Assembly: GCA_031362685.1 (NCBI GenBank)
Contig: JANLSZ010000354.1
Span: forward strand, 1,139 to 65,138
Length of the DNA stretch: 64,000 nucleotides
From: Vicinamibacteria bacterium
GTDB lineage: Bacteria > Acidobacteriota > Vicinamibacteria > Fen-336 > JAGNNV01
Reading direction: 5' to 3'
Position 1 is the stretch's first letter, and each line of letters starts with the position of its first letter. The translations under genes were made by a program, and so were the position numbers. Shown here piece after piece: positions 1-9,915 of this stretch. The notes beneath the pieces were generated by a model. It ran no database searches. It saw nothing but the letters and a program-made list of their open reading frames with translations, and was not told where the DNA came from.

Positions 1-228
1 GGCAACGGCCTTCTGACTTTCCCGGCGAACCAGGATCTGTTCATGAACATGATCTCCTGGCTGGCCCAGGACTCCGACCTCATCTCGATCCGGCCCAAGG
101 ATCCCGAGGTCCATCGTCTCGACCTCACCGTGACCGAGCAGCGCAACGTCCTGATCTTCTCGCTCCTTCTGCTCCCCGGCTTCTTCATCGTCTGGGGCAT
201 CACGAACTGGTGGCGGCGACGGTCATGA
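1..228 (+). CDS. GldG-like ABC-transporter auxiliary protein, C-terminal fragment (5' end outside the window)
   Basis: Frame 1 is open from base 1. The C-terminus ...ISWLAQDSDLISIRPKD... is followed by a hydrophobic anchor and an RRR tail, typical of GldG ends. A DUF4340-like gene follows, the usual partner. Confidence 0.45.
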   Translation, partial: GNGLLTFPANQDLFMNMISWLAQDSDLISIRPKDPEVHRLDLTVTEQRNVLIFSLLLLPGFFIVWGITNWWRRRS

Positions 229-1616
229 CCTCGTTCGGACGCACCGCCGCAGCGGTGGTGGTGGCTGCGGGGCTTTTCGGCTACATCTTCCTGGTCGAAT
301 CAAAGAAGAACCCGAAAAGCGAAGACTCGGGAGCCGCTGCGACCAAGCGCGAGAAGGTCTTCGTCGGCCTCGACAAACTGAAAGTGAAGTCGGTCACTCT
401 CACCAGGCGGAATGGCGACATCGTTCAGGCGGAAAAAACCGGAGAGTCCTGGACCCTCCGCTCGCCCCAGGAAGCTCCGGCGGATGCGGGCGAAATCGGA
501 ATGCTGCTCGACGCCCTGCAGAATCTTGAAACCGAAGAGATCGTGAGCGAGAACGCGGCGGACCTCGCCCCGTTTGGCCTCACCCAGCCCAAGGCCACGG
601 TCTCGGTGGTGATGGAGGGCGCGGCCAAACCGTTCGCATTCGAGCTGGGCGACAACGTCCCCGCGGGCTCGGGCCTGTTCGCGCGCGTGCCGGGGAAGCC
701 TCGGCTCTTCACGGTATCGAGCACGCTCGAGAACACCCTGGGAAAGTCGGCCTTCGACCTGCGGGACCGCAATCTGATCAAGGTGAAGAAGGACGCCATT
801 CAATCGGTCGAGGCGACGGATAAAGGCAAGACCGGCTTCAAGCTGGCCCGCGGCCTCAAGGGTGACGACGAGTGGAAGGTGGAAGCGCCGGTGAGCACGC
901 GGGCCGCGCGCTGGACCGTGGACAGTTTTCTCGGCCTGATCGAAAACCTCAAGATGGAGGCCATCGTCACCGAAGCGGCGACGGAGAAGGACCTGACAAA
1001 ATACGGCCTCGGCCCGGTCGCGAAGCGTGTGCTGCTCGGTCTCGAGGAGACGAAGTCGATCACCCTCGAAATCGGAAAGAAAACCAGCGATGGCAAATAC
1101 TACGCGCGCTCAGGCGCGTCGAAGCTGGTGGCCACGATCAGCACCGCTCTGGTCGACGATCTGGACAAGGGACTCAAGAACCTGCGCTCCGCCCGCCTTT
1201 TGGACGTGGCGGCCTACGAGGTGAGTGGTTTTGACGTCGCTTCGGCGGGGGTCACGAAGACGTTCACCAAATCGACGACCAGGGGCAAGGACGGAGTCGA
1301 CTCGATTCTATGGAAGTCCACCGCACCCGTGAAGGACGCGACGCCGGAAAAGACCTCGGACGCCCTCTTCGCCATCGGGAGTCTCGACGCCGCGGAGTTC
1401 ATCGACGCCCCCAAAGCCCTCGCTGCTTACGGTCTCGACGCTCCCGTGTTGCGTGTGACTCTGAGGTTCGAGGGCGACAAGAAGGCGGACTGGTTCGAGG
1501 TGGCAGTGAAGGGCGACGCCGCCTTCGCGCAGCGGCGCGACGACGTGGCCATCCTGAAGCTCGACAAGGCGAAGACGGAAGCCCTGATCAAGAACTTCGT
1601 CACGCTCGGTTCATAG
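225..1616 (+). CDS. DUF4340-like secreted/anchored protein
   Basis: The ORF is listed as 210..1616. ATG 225 overlaps the upstream stop (ATGA). It has an N-terminal TM and a position after a GldG-like gene. The family call is from memory of this gene pairing. Confidence 0.5.
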   Translation: MTSFGRTAAAVVVAAGLFGYIFLVESKKNPKSEDSGAAATKREKVFVGLDKLKVKSVTLTRRNGDIVQAEKTGESWTLRSPQEAPADAGEIGMLLDALQNLETEEIVSENAADLAPFGLTQPKATVSVVMEGAAKPFAFELGDNVPAGSGLFARVPGKPRLFTVSSTLENTLGKSAFDLRDRNLIKVKKDAIQSVEATDKGKTGFKLARGLKGDDEWKVEAPVSTRAARWTVDSFLGLIENLKMEAIVTEAATEKDLTKYGLGPVAKRVLLGLEETKSITLEIGKKTSDGKYYARSGASKLVATISTALVDDLDKGLKNLRSARLLDVAAYEVSGFDVASAGVTKTFTKSTTRGKDGVDSILWKSTAPVKDATPEKTSDALFAIGSLDAAEFIDAPKALAAYGLDAPVLRVTLRFEGDKKADWFEVAVKGDAAFAQRRDDVAILKLDKAKTEALIKNFVTLGS

Positions 1617-1713
1617 GGGCGCCCCTGCATTTGAACCATTGACCGGCTCGAATGGTCGGACCTATGATCTTTGGAGAAGAGGCCTTTCCTGCCTCTGACC
1701 CCAAGGAGATTCC

Positions 1714-4700
1714 ATGCGTCGATACCTTCGAGCACTTTCAGTTGCGGGTCTGGCTCTCGCTTTCGCCGCGACCACCAAAGCCCAGGAAATCACCGCCACC
1801 ATCGCGGGCACCGTCACCGACCAGTCGGGCGCGGTTCTGCCCGGCGTCACCGTGGTCGCCCGGAACGTGGGCAAGGGCGTCACCACCGAGGCGGTCACCA
1901 CGACCACCGGACGGTACACCCTCCCCTACCTGATCATTGGAGAGTACGAGCTCACCTTCACCATGTCCGGGTTCAAGACCTACGTGGCGAAGGGCGTCAA
2001 TCTGCATGTAAACGACCGACTCGAGGTAGGCGCATCTCTTGGAGTGCAGGGAGTCACGGAGTCGGTGGAGGTCACCGCCTCGTCACAGCTCGTTCAGCCC
2101 TCTTCCTCGGTCCAGAACCTGATGGGCGCCACCCAGGTCCAGGAACTGCCCCTCAATAACCGCAACTTCGTTCAGCTCGCCACCCTCGTGCCGGGTGTGA
2201 GCAGTTCGCTCTCCGACGAGGTGGGCATCGGCCTCACCAGCACGGTGAGCCTCTCGATCGCGGGTGCTCGGCGAAACGCCGTCAACTGGTTCGTGGACGG
2301 CGCCAGCAACGTGGACGTGGGTTCGAACATCACCCTGCTCAACACCCCGACTCTCGAGTCCATCGAAGAGTTCAAGATCATCACCTCGAGTTATGCCGCC
2401 GAATGGCCGCGCAGCGGCGGCGGCATCATCAACGTGGTGACCAAGTCGGGCAGCAACGCCTTCCGCGGCTCCGCCTACGAGTTCTATCGGAACGACGGCC
2501 TCAACGCGAACTCCTTCTTCCGCAAACAGAGCTCGACCCCCGCCATCTCGGGCGCTCCGGCCAAGCTCGACTACCACAACTTCGGCGCGACTTTCGGAGG
2601 ACCGATCAAGAAGGACAAGATCTTCTTCTTCGGTTCCTACGAGCGCCGCAAGATCGAACGCGCTCCGTCGTCGCTCTCCGCCAATACCGTCGACCCGGCC
2701 TGGCTCACCGATCCGAACAACGTGAACTACGTGGCCCCCGCACTTCGCGACGCCAATGCGGTCCGGCTTCTTTCGGCCTGGCCCGCGCCCAACACCGGTA
2801 CCAGCCAGTTCCAATCCTCGGCTCCTAACAAGCAGAACACCACCCAGTACGTCGGGCGGGTCGATTGGTATCTCAACTCCAAGTGGCGCCTGATGGGCCG
2901 CTACACCTACGACCGTTCGGAAACCACCGAACCGGGCGGGCTGTTCTTCAACACCGCCGTTCCCAACATCGCCACCACCATCACCAAGGTTCCGGGCCAG
3001 GTTGCGGTGGGCCAGATCACCACCACGATCAACCCCAGGATGCTCAACGAGTTTTCGTTCCAGTTCTCGGGCAATGCGATTGCGTCCCAGTACGGCGACA
3101 ACGCGAAGAACAAGCGCGACGCCTACCAGCTCAACATTCCGGAGCTCTTCGCCGATAACCGCAATGGTCTGATTCCCAGCATCAACGTCGCCGGACTGTC
3201 GGGTCTGGGCGCACCCCAGCTCTTCGACAACAAGTACCGGAACTACACGCTGGCCGACAACTTGTCCTACCAGCGCGGCAACCACCAGCTGAAGGGAGGC
3301 TTCCTGGTCGCCAAAGAGGTGAAGGACGAGCTCGCGGGGACGGCCACCCAGGGCACTTTCAACTTCGCCGCGGCCGGCGGACAGACCGCCTTCCAGAACT
3401 TCCTGACCGGCAACCGGGACGGCCTGTGCGGGGCCACTTGCACGTACAGCGAGGTCCAGCTCGAGGTCAACTCGCAGTTCCGTTTCTCGCGCTATGAGTT
3501 CTACGTTCAGGACTCGTGGAAGGTGAAGCCGAATGTGAGCATCGACCTGGGGGTGCGCTACTCGCTGCAGCCGGCGCTCACCGACGAGGCCGACCAGTTG
3601 ACGAGTTTCAACCCGGCGCTTTACAGCCCGGCGCGGGCCCCGCAGTTCTCGAGCGCGGCCGCGACGACCCTCGTGGTCGGAACCGGCGACCCCCTGAACG
3701 GTATCGTGATCGCCGGACAGAAATCGACCAATGGTCGCGCGATCTACGGGACCGACAAGAACAACATCATGCCCCGCGTGGGCTTTTCGTGGGACAAGGG
3801 TGGCCGTGGCTCAACCGTGATCCGGGGCGGGTACGGGGTGTACTACGACCAGGCGCTCGTCGGGATCTTCATCCAGAACGCGCAAGTCAACCCGCCGTTC
3901 TCCGCCAACCCCCAGGTGCTCAATCCGCTGCTCTCCAACCCGGCCTCCGGAACGTCAGCGACTACGGTGGCGCCCTCCGCCCTGATCGCCTCCAGCGATC
4001 CCTTCGTCACTCCGCGGACCCAGCAGTGGAACCTCGGAGTGCAGCGGAAGCTCTACTCGCGCGGCGTGATCGATATCGGCTACGTGGGTTCGGCGGGCGA
4101 TAACCTGATCCAGCCCGTCGACATCAACGCGCCTCTCCCCCAGGGCGTGGTGGCCACGAACGGCGTGATCAACACCGCGCGACCGTACCTCGGCTTCGCC
4201 GGAATCAGATTCCACCAGACCACGGCCAGGGCGCGCTACAACGGCCTGCTGGTGGGGTTCCGTCACGACGCGGGGCGCAAGGGTCTGGTGAGCGTGGCTT
4301 ACACCCTGAGCCGCACAAAGACCGACGCCACCAACGATCGGGACGCCGTCGACCTCCCGCAGGACCGGACGAACCTGGCCGCGGAGTATGCCATCGCGCG
4401 CACCGACCGCACCCATATCTTCACCGTCAACTACGTTTACGAGTTGCCCTTCTTCCGCGACTCGAAGGGTCTCGGCAAGCAGGTCCTCGGCGGATGGCAG
4501 GTCTCTGGCATCACCCAGTTCTGGTCCGGGCCGCCGATCTCCCGCGTGGTCAACGGTCAAACCAACGGCAGCCGCCGCGGCATCCGCGTCAACCAGATCA
4601 GCGATCCGTTCTCAAACCTGCCCACGAATACGCCCGGAGGGGTTTACTACTTCAATCCCGGCGCCTTCGCCCCGCCCGCTGACGGCGCTTTCGGCACCAC

Positions 4701-4974
4701 CGGCCGCGCCATCTTCCGCCTGCCCGGGGTCAACCAGTGGGACATCACCGCCTCGAAGAACTGGTACCCGACCAAAGGCACGCGCCTGCAGTTCCGCGCC
4801 GACTTCATCAACGCGCTCAATCACACCCAGTTCGATCCGAACTCGGTTCAGAACGTCTGCACGGTAGCGGTCACGGCGACCGACTGCACAACCTCAACCG
4901 GCAACTTCGGAAGGGCCACGGGAACCCGTAACCCACGGGAGATCCAGCTCGGCGTGAAGTTCTTCTGGAACTAA
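1714..4974 (+). CDS. TonB-dependent outer-membrane receptor with N-terminal carboxypeptidase-regulatory-like domain
   Basis: 1086 aa with a signal peptide (ALAFAATTKAQE). The ITGTVTDQSGAVLPGVTV motif marks a CarboxypepD_reg-type domain. Plug-like NNRNFVQL is present, the C-terminal beta-barrel ends in aromatic ...KFFWN, and AAGGAG sits upstream of the ATG. Confidence 0.8.
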   Translation: MRRYLRALSVAGLALAFAATTKAQEITATIAGTVTDQSGAVLPGVTVVARNVGKGVTTEAVTTTTGRYTLPYLIIGEYELTFTMSGFKTYVAKGVNLHVNDRLEVGASLGVQGVTESVEVTASSQLVQPSSSVQNLMGATQVQELPLNNRNFVQLATLVPGVSSSLSDEVGIGLTSTVSLSIAGARRNAVNWFVDGASNVDVGSNITLLNTPTLESIEEFKIITSSYAAEWPRSGGGIINVVTKSGSNAFRGSAYEFYRNDGLNANSFFRKQSSTPAISGAPAKLDYHNFGATFGGPIKKDKIFFFGSYERRKIERAPSSLSANTVDPAWLTDPNNVNYVAPALRDANAVRLLSAWPAPNTGTSQFQSSAPNKQNTTQYVGRVDWYLNSKWRLMGRYTYDRSETTEPGGLFFNTAVPNIATTITKVPGQVAVGQITTTINPRMLNEFSFQFSGNAIASQYGDNAKNKRDAYQLNIPELFADNRNGLIPSINVAGLSGLGAPQLFDNKYRNYTLADNLSYQRGNHQLKGGFLVAKEVKDELAGTATQGTFNFAAAGGQTAFQNFLTGNRDGLCGATCTYSEVQLEVNSQFRFSRYEFYVQDSWKVKPNVSIDLGVRYSLQPALTDEADQLTSFNPALYSPARAPQFSSAAATTLVVGTGDPLNGIVIAGQKSTNGRAIYGTDKNNIMPRVGFSWDKGGRGSTVIRGGYGVYYDQALVGIFIQNAQVNPPFSANPQVLNPLLSNPASGTSATTVAPSALIASSDPFVTPRTQQWNLGVQRKLYSRGVIDIGYVGSAGDNLIQPVDINAPLPQGVVATNGVINTARPYLGFAGIRFHQTTARARYNGLLVGFRHDAGRKGLVSVAYTLSRTKTDATNDRDAVDLPQDRTNLAAEYAIARTDRTHIFTVNYVYELPFFRDSKGLGKQVLGGWQVSGITQFWSGPPISRVVNGQTNGSRRGIRVNQISDPFSNLPTNTPGGVYYFNPGAFAPPADGAFGTTGRAIFRLPGVNQWDITASKNWYPTKGTRLQFRADFINALNHTQFDPNSVQNVCTVAVTATDCTTSTGNFGRATGTRNPREIQLGVKFFWN

Positions 4975-5006
4975 GCGGACCGCAGCGCGCGCCCGTGGAC
5001 TGATCG

Positions 5007-6305
5007 GTGCCTGACTTATCCAACGTGTCCCTTCTTGTCCAGGCCGGAGCGCTCGCCCCGGTCGGGATCGCGTTTCTGGTTTTCCTCGCGCTCGTAGGTC
5101 TGCGTTTGTTTCGCCGTGGGTCGGCTCGCTTCTGGACCGCGCCCGCGGCCATGGGTCTCGTTCTGCTTCCCGCCGTCCTCGGCGCCGGGCTCGCCGCCCT
5201 GCTCTTTCGACAAACGGCCTCCGCGCTGGCCCTCGTCGATTTCCGCGGAGTAGGCGCTCTGGCGGCCGGCCTGGCCGAGGCGTTGATCCCGCTGCTCGTA
5301 GGCCTGGTGTGCGTGGCGGCGCTGGCCTTCGCCGGCCTGTTGCTCGTGGGCGTCGGCAGCTCACGCGGAACGGAGGCCGAATCGAGCGGCGACTTGACCT
5401 GGCCCTCGGCGGCGCTGCTCGCGGTGGTTCTAAGCACAGGTCTGGTCGCGTTCCTGATCCGCCTGATGGAGGCCGTCTCCGCAGGCTGGCGCGACGCGCC
5501 GGGCCTCCTCCTGCAACTCAATGGGTCCCTGCTCGGCTCGGCCGCCCTCGCGACAATCCTGTTTGCGCTGGCCGTGGTCAGCGCGGTGCGCGCTCCGCGC
5601 GGCCCCTCCGCGACGGAAGTCAAGGTAGCGGCCCTGTCGGGGTTGTCGCTGTGCGGCCTTCTGGCTTTGGGTGGAGCCTGGGCGGTCTATGGCGACCTGC
5701 AGTGCTACACCTCCACCGCCCTAACCGGTGTGCCTTGCGACGCCGCGCCGGGCCCGGTCGCGGTCGACGAATCGCCCACCCCGGCTCCTGAGGATTCGCC
5801 GTCACCGCCCCCCCCGGCGGTCGCGGTCAAGCCGCCCCCTCCGCCGCCCCCACCGATACCGCAGTCTCGAACCTCTGCGGCTCCAACACCCCCTCGGATC
5901 CGGCGTCCGCTACCATCACCCGAAGGAAGCCAGCCGCGAAACGCCAGGAGCGCCACCCCAGGCGGCGCGGCGGCACGCCCGGTCGACGCGGAAGAGAACA
6001 ACCGTGCTGCGAAAGCGGTGCGGGTGGGCGGGCAGATCAAAGAACCGAAGAAGATCAAGAACGTGGCCCCGGAGTATCCCCCCATCGCCATCCAGGCCAG
6101 GGTCGAGGGCATCGTGATCGTGGAGTGCACCATCGACGAGAAAGGGAAAGTCACCCGGGCCGCGATCCTGCGCGGCATTCCGTTGCTCGACGGAGCGGCC
6201 GTGGCGGCGATCAAGCAATGGGTCTATGAACCCACGTTGTTGAACGGCGCCCCCGTTCCCGTGGTCATGACGGTGACCGTCAACTTCAAGCTCGGCCCCA
6301 GGTAG
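5007..6305 (+). CDS. TonB C-terminal-domain protein with polytopic N-terminal membrane domain
   Basis: The C-terminus KNVAPEYPPIAIQARVEGIVIVECTIDEKGKV...LLNGAPVPVVMTVTVNFKL is a TonB_C fold. A poly-Pro linker (PPPPPPPPIP) precedes it. About 6-7 hydrophobic segments lie in the first ~230 aa. Confidence 0.75.
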   Translation: MPDLSNVSLLVQAGALAPVGIAFLVFLALVGLRLFRRGSARFWTAPAAMGLVLLPAVLGAGLAALLFRQTASALALVDFRGVGALAAGLAEALIPLLVGLVCVAALAFAGLLLVGVGSSRGTEAESSGDLTWPSAALLAVVLSTGLVAFLIRLMEAVSAGWRDAPGLLLQLNGSLLGSAALATILFALAVVSAVRAPRGPSATEVKVAALSGLSLCGLLALGGAWAVYGDLQCYTSTALTGVPCDAAPGPVAVDESPTPAPEDSPSPPPPAVAVKPPPPPPPPIPQSRTSAAPTPPRIRRPLPSPEGSQPRNARSATPGGAAARPVDAEENNRAAKAVRVGGQIKEPKKIKNVAPEYPPIAIQARVEGIVIVECTIDEKGKVTRAAILRGIPLLDGAAVAAIKQWVYEPTLLNGAPVPVVMTVTVNFKLGPR

Positions 6306-6343
6306 ACCGGTTTTCCTCGGCGTTGCCTCTCGCCTCGTCGGGA

Positions 6344-6775
6344 TCAGGCCGCCAGTCGCTCCTCGTAGGGGACCGTCTCCCCGGACTCGAGATAGCGCTG
6401 GAGGATCCGGAGATACATCGCCCAGCAGAAGGACGAGTTGCGGAAATGGTGCGTCTCCTCCTTCCATCCCGAGTGCCAGAAAGAAACCTGAGTGTGATCG
6501 CCCGCCGCGACGAGACGGAAACCCACGCGGGTTCCCATCCAGTCATCCATCGCTTCGACCAGCTCCAGTTCGAACTCCTCGTTCTTGACACACCGGGTGA
6601 CCCTGGCTTCCCAGTCGTACTCGGGGCCAAAACCGAGCGCGTATTCCGCACCCACTCTGGGCCGGCCGGATGAGTAATGGGTCCACCACTGATCCAGACC
6701 CCCGGGGGTGGTCATGGCTTCGAAAACTCGGGACGCCGGCGCCTTGATCGTAAAGTCATGAAGAATGCTGGCCAT
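6344..6775 (-). CDS. SRPBCC / AHSA1-family protein
   Basis: 143 aa. The motifs ...APASRVFEAMTTPGGLDQWW... and the protein size match Aha1/START-like SRPBCC proteins. Confidence 0.6.
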   Translation of the reverse strand: MASILHDFTIKAPASRVFEAMTTPGGLDQWWTHYSSGRPRVGAEYALGFGPEYDWEARVTRCVKNEEFELELVEAMDDWMGTRVGFRLVAAGDHTQVSFWHSGWKEETHHFRNSSFCWAMYLRILQRYLESGETVPYEERLAA

Positions 6776-6935
6776 GTCCTTAAGCCTTCCTGTAGTGCGG
6801 ATCCTGATTCAATCGGCCTCCACCGTAGCCCCGAGCGTCCAGGTTGGTCAATGAACCAAAGGGCTCATGCGTGATGGGGTTGAACCCCGGGGTCGTGCTG
6901 GTTAGGCTCACCCCCCGCGACGCTCATCACCGGTT

Positions 6936-9116
6936 TTGTTTCTTGAGGAGGATTCCATGAGGCCCGTTCGGACCGTGCTCCTTTTCGCCGCGTTTCTCTC
7001 CGCTGCAGTTCTCGCCACCCTGCCCCTGGTTCTGCGGCCCTCCGGCACCCTGCCGGCCAACGCCGATGCCTTGTTGAACGCGTGGGTTCTGAGACAGGTT
7101 TGTGCGGGTCTCGCGAACCCATCGGACCTCCTTCGCGGCAACATGTTCTACCCTGATCCAGCGGCGCTTCTTTACTCCGAGCCTCTGATCGGTGTCGGGC
7201 TTCAATCGCTGCCCCTGTGCGTCCTCGGGCTCGACCACGTGACCCTCTTCAACGCCAGCTATTGGCTGGTGCTCGCGATGTGCGCCCTGGGGGCATGGCT
7301 TCTGGCCAAAGAGATCACCGGAAGCGCCAGCGCCGCACTGGTGGGCGCAGTGGTGTTCACATTCACCAGCGCCAACTACGACTCGGCCGCCCGGCTCCAG
7401 ATTGTCGCGAGTCAATGGACCCCGATCTGCCTCTTATACCTCATCCGTTTTTGTCGCCGCGGGAACGTGCGGGACGCAGCGTTGATGGGCCTGGCCTTCG
7501 CCATGCAGTCTCTCTCTTGTGTGTATTACGAGATTCTCCTGGCCCTGCTTCTGATTCTTACCGTCCCGTGGTGGGTCGGGCTGGCCGGCGGCCTGGCCCA
7601 GGCACGAGCGCGAATTTCGGGAACGGTCGTGGCGATTGTCCTCACCGCGATCCTGGTCCTTCCCCTGAACCTGGCTCAACGGACGCACTTGTCGCCCGTG
7701 CTGGTGGCCAGATCCCTGGCCCAGCACCTGACCCTCTCCGATTTCACGGACGTGCTGCCGACGAATTTCCTCTACGGGAATTGGTTGGGCCGTTCTCGGG
7801 TTGCCTACGACGCCCTCTACTTTCCAGGATTCGTGCCGATCGGCCTGGCTCTCCTCTTCTTCGTCTGGGGAGCACGGCGACGCGATTGGTGCCTCGGGTA
7901 CACCGGTCTGAAGCCGGTACTTGTCGTTGGCTCGATTGCCTTCGCGTTCTCCTTCGGCGCGGAGATCAAGACGCCATGGATGGATGTTCCGGGCCCGGTG
8001 GCCGCGTTTTCGGGCTGGATGCCTGGCCTGGCCCAGGTTCGCGTACCCTCCCGGTTCCTGATGTTCTCCCGGCTGGCCCTGGCTATGGTGGCGGCCTGCG
8101 CCGTGCATCGGCTTCTCGGCCGAGCCCCTCGGGTCCCCACCTCTCTGGCCGCCCTGGCGATCGCGGCCGCGTGCTTTCTGGAACACTGGTCGCCGCCCCT
8201 CGACGTATGGGCGGTGCCCACACGGAACGAAATGCCCGCGGTTTATTCCTGGCTGGAGCAACCGGAACAGGGACGTGGCGCCATCATGGAGTTTCCTCCC
8301 GCCCTGCAACGGCTCAGGCGGGAAGAAGCGGTGTGGCTGCATACCGCGGCCTTCCACGGGCTGCCGATGGCGAACGGGTATTCGAGCTTCAGGCCCGCCT
8401 GGTATGAATTCGTGATGGAAGCCGCCCTGGAGACGCCCGGAAGATTCGTCGACATCCTCCGCCGACTGGGCGTGCGGACGGTGGTGGTTCATCCGCGGCC
8501 CCGGGGTCTGACCGAAGTGGACGGAGCGGTGACCGCCTTTCTTGAGTATTCAGACCGCCACCCGGAGGCGATCCGACTGGTCAGGTCGTTCTCCGACCCC
8601 CGCCACTTCGAGGGGATCTGGTCGCGCCTGGGCGACGAGAGAGTTTTCGCGATTCAACCGGCCGCCGCGGTTGGCGTTTCGAACGCCGGCCCGGCGATCG
8701 ATCGGGCTGGCTGGTCTTGCCGCAGCATCGAACCGGGTTGCGAAGCTGCGATGGATGGCGATCTCACCACCTTGATTCGAGGCCACGAAAACCAAAATGC
8801 CGGCGGGTCCCTCAAGGTTCGGTTCGCAAAGCCCACGACGATCCAGGCCGTATCAATAGGATTGGGACGATTCCCTCAGTTGTTCGCCCGAGACGCCGCA
8901 ATCCGCTTGCTGGAGGGCGAGGACTGGGTGGCCGTCGATGCCGAACTCGACATCGAGGGATTCCTTTCTGACACTGTTCGAGGCTCCCTGAATCCGGTCA
9001 TGATGTGGAAATTCCCGCCGACACCGGCCATGGGCTTCGAGATCAGAGTGCGCTCGGGAGGCCAGGGATTCCGCGAGCTCGGCATTCCCGAAGTCAACGC
9101 CCACGCGTCGCCTTAG
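6936..9116 (+). CDS. Polytopic GT-C-like membrane protein with C-terminal discoidin (F5/8 type C)-like domain
   Basis: Many TM segments lie in the first ~430 aa. The C-terminal DGDLTT...SLKVRFAKPTTIQAVSIGLG resembles the discoidin signature. ATG 6957 (MRPVRT) is an alternative start. Confidence 0.45.
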   Translation: MFLEEDSMRPVRTVLLFAAFLSAAVLATLPLVLRPSGTLPANADALLNAWVLRQVCAGLANPSDLLRGNMFYPDPAALLYSEPLIGVGLQSLPLCVLGLDHVTLFNASYWLVLAMCALGAWLLAKEITGSASAALVGAVVFTFTSANYDSAARLQIVASQWTPICLLYLIRFCRRGNVRDAALMGLAFAMQSLSCVYYEILLALLLILTVPWWVGLAGGLAQARARISGTVVAIVLTAILVLPLNLAQRTHLSPVLVARSLAQHLTLSDFTDVLPTNFLYGNWLGRSRVAYDALYFPGFVPIGLALLFFVWGARRRDWCLGYTGLKPVLVVGSIAFAFSFGAEIKTPWMDVPGPVAAFSGWMPGLAQVRVPSRFLMFSRLALAMVAACAVHRLLGRAPRVPTSLAALAIAAACFLEHWSPPLDVWAVPTRNEMPAVYSWLEQPEQGRGAIMEFPPALQRLRREEAVWLHTAAFHGLPMANGYSSFRPAWYEFVMEAALETPGRFVDILRRLGVRTVVVHPRPRGLTEVDGAVTAFLEYSDRHPEAIRLVRSFSDPRHFEGIWSRLGDERVFAIQPAAAVGVSNAGPAIDRAGWSCRSIEPGCEAAMDGDLTTLIRGHENQNAGGSLKVRFAKPTTIQAVSIGLGRFPQLFARDAAIRLLEGEDWVAVDAELDIEGFLSDTVRGSLNPVMMWKFPPTPAMGFEIRVRSGGQGFRELGIPEVNAHASP

Positions 9117-9120
9117 GACC

Positions 9121-9810
9121 TTAGCAGGCGATTCTCAAGGCCGAGCACAGGAACTTGAGGTAGGGAACGGTGGTCGCGAAGGTGTCGGCCGCGACCGCGA
9201 CCAGGTCCGAGCTCTTCACATCCGAGACGGTCAACTGGGTGTCGAGAATGAAATCGGTTCGCTTGAGGTCTTCGATGTTCGGGTGATCGGCCACAAACCC
9301 CGCGGGCGGACGCTTCAGCGACGAGCCGGCCTGACGCCATTCGGCGGTCAAAGCGGGGTCATCCACGATCTTCCGCCACTTCGAAGGCGCCACCGCGATG
9401 GCCGTGCGCAACGCGTGCAGCGCATCCGCTTCGGGGTGCCACATCCCCGCTCCGAGGAACAGCATCCCCGGCTGGATGTGAACGTAGAGGCCGGGGGCGT
9501 GGACGTCTTTGCCCGTGCGATGGCGGAACTGAATTCCGAGGTTCGTCTTGTAGGGCGACTTGTCCTTGGAGAAACGCACATCCTTGTGAACGCGCATGAT
9601 GGACCCGCCGATCTTTCGATCGTCGGCCACGAGCGCGCGTGAGATCTTCAGAAGCCTCGGCGCCATGGCCCTCACGAAGGCCCGAGCCGGCTCGCGGACA
9701 TCCGCTTCGTACCGGGCCTTGTTCGCTTCGAACCAGGCTCGATCATTGTTCTCGGCCAGATCCCCGAGGAATCTCAAGGCGGGGCCAAAGCCGTTGAACT
9801 CATTTGTCAT
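9121..9810 (-). CDS. DUF2461 (TIGR02453) family protein
   Basis: FLGDLAENNDRAWFEANKARYE... and GGSIMRVHKDVRFSKDKSPYKT are hallmark motifs of this family. Confidence 0.7.
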   Translation of the reverse strand: MTNEFNGFGPALRFLGDLAENNDRAWFEANKARYEADVREPARAFVRAMAPRLLKISRALVADDRKIGGSIMRVHKDVRFSKDKSPYKTNLGIQFRHRTGKDVHAPGLYVHIQPGMLFLGAGMWHPEADALHALRTAIAVAPSKWRKIVDDPALTAEWRQAGSSLKRPPAGFVADHPNIEDLKRTDFILDTQLTVSDVKSSDLVAVAADTFATTVPYLKFLCSALRIAC

Positions 9811-9915
9811 CGAAGCCCTCCCGGGTTTTCAGTGGGCTTCCAAAGGCCATGGATCGAGTTCCTTCGGGATGAGCGTACATGAGAGAGACCAGCGAGCGAG
9901 AAACCAGCCGGACCT

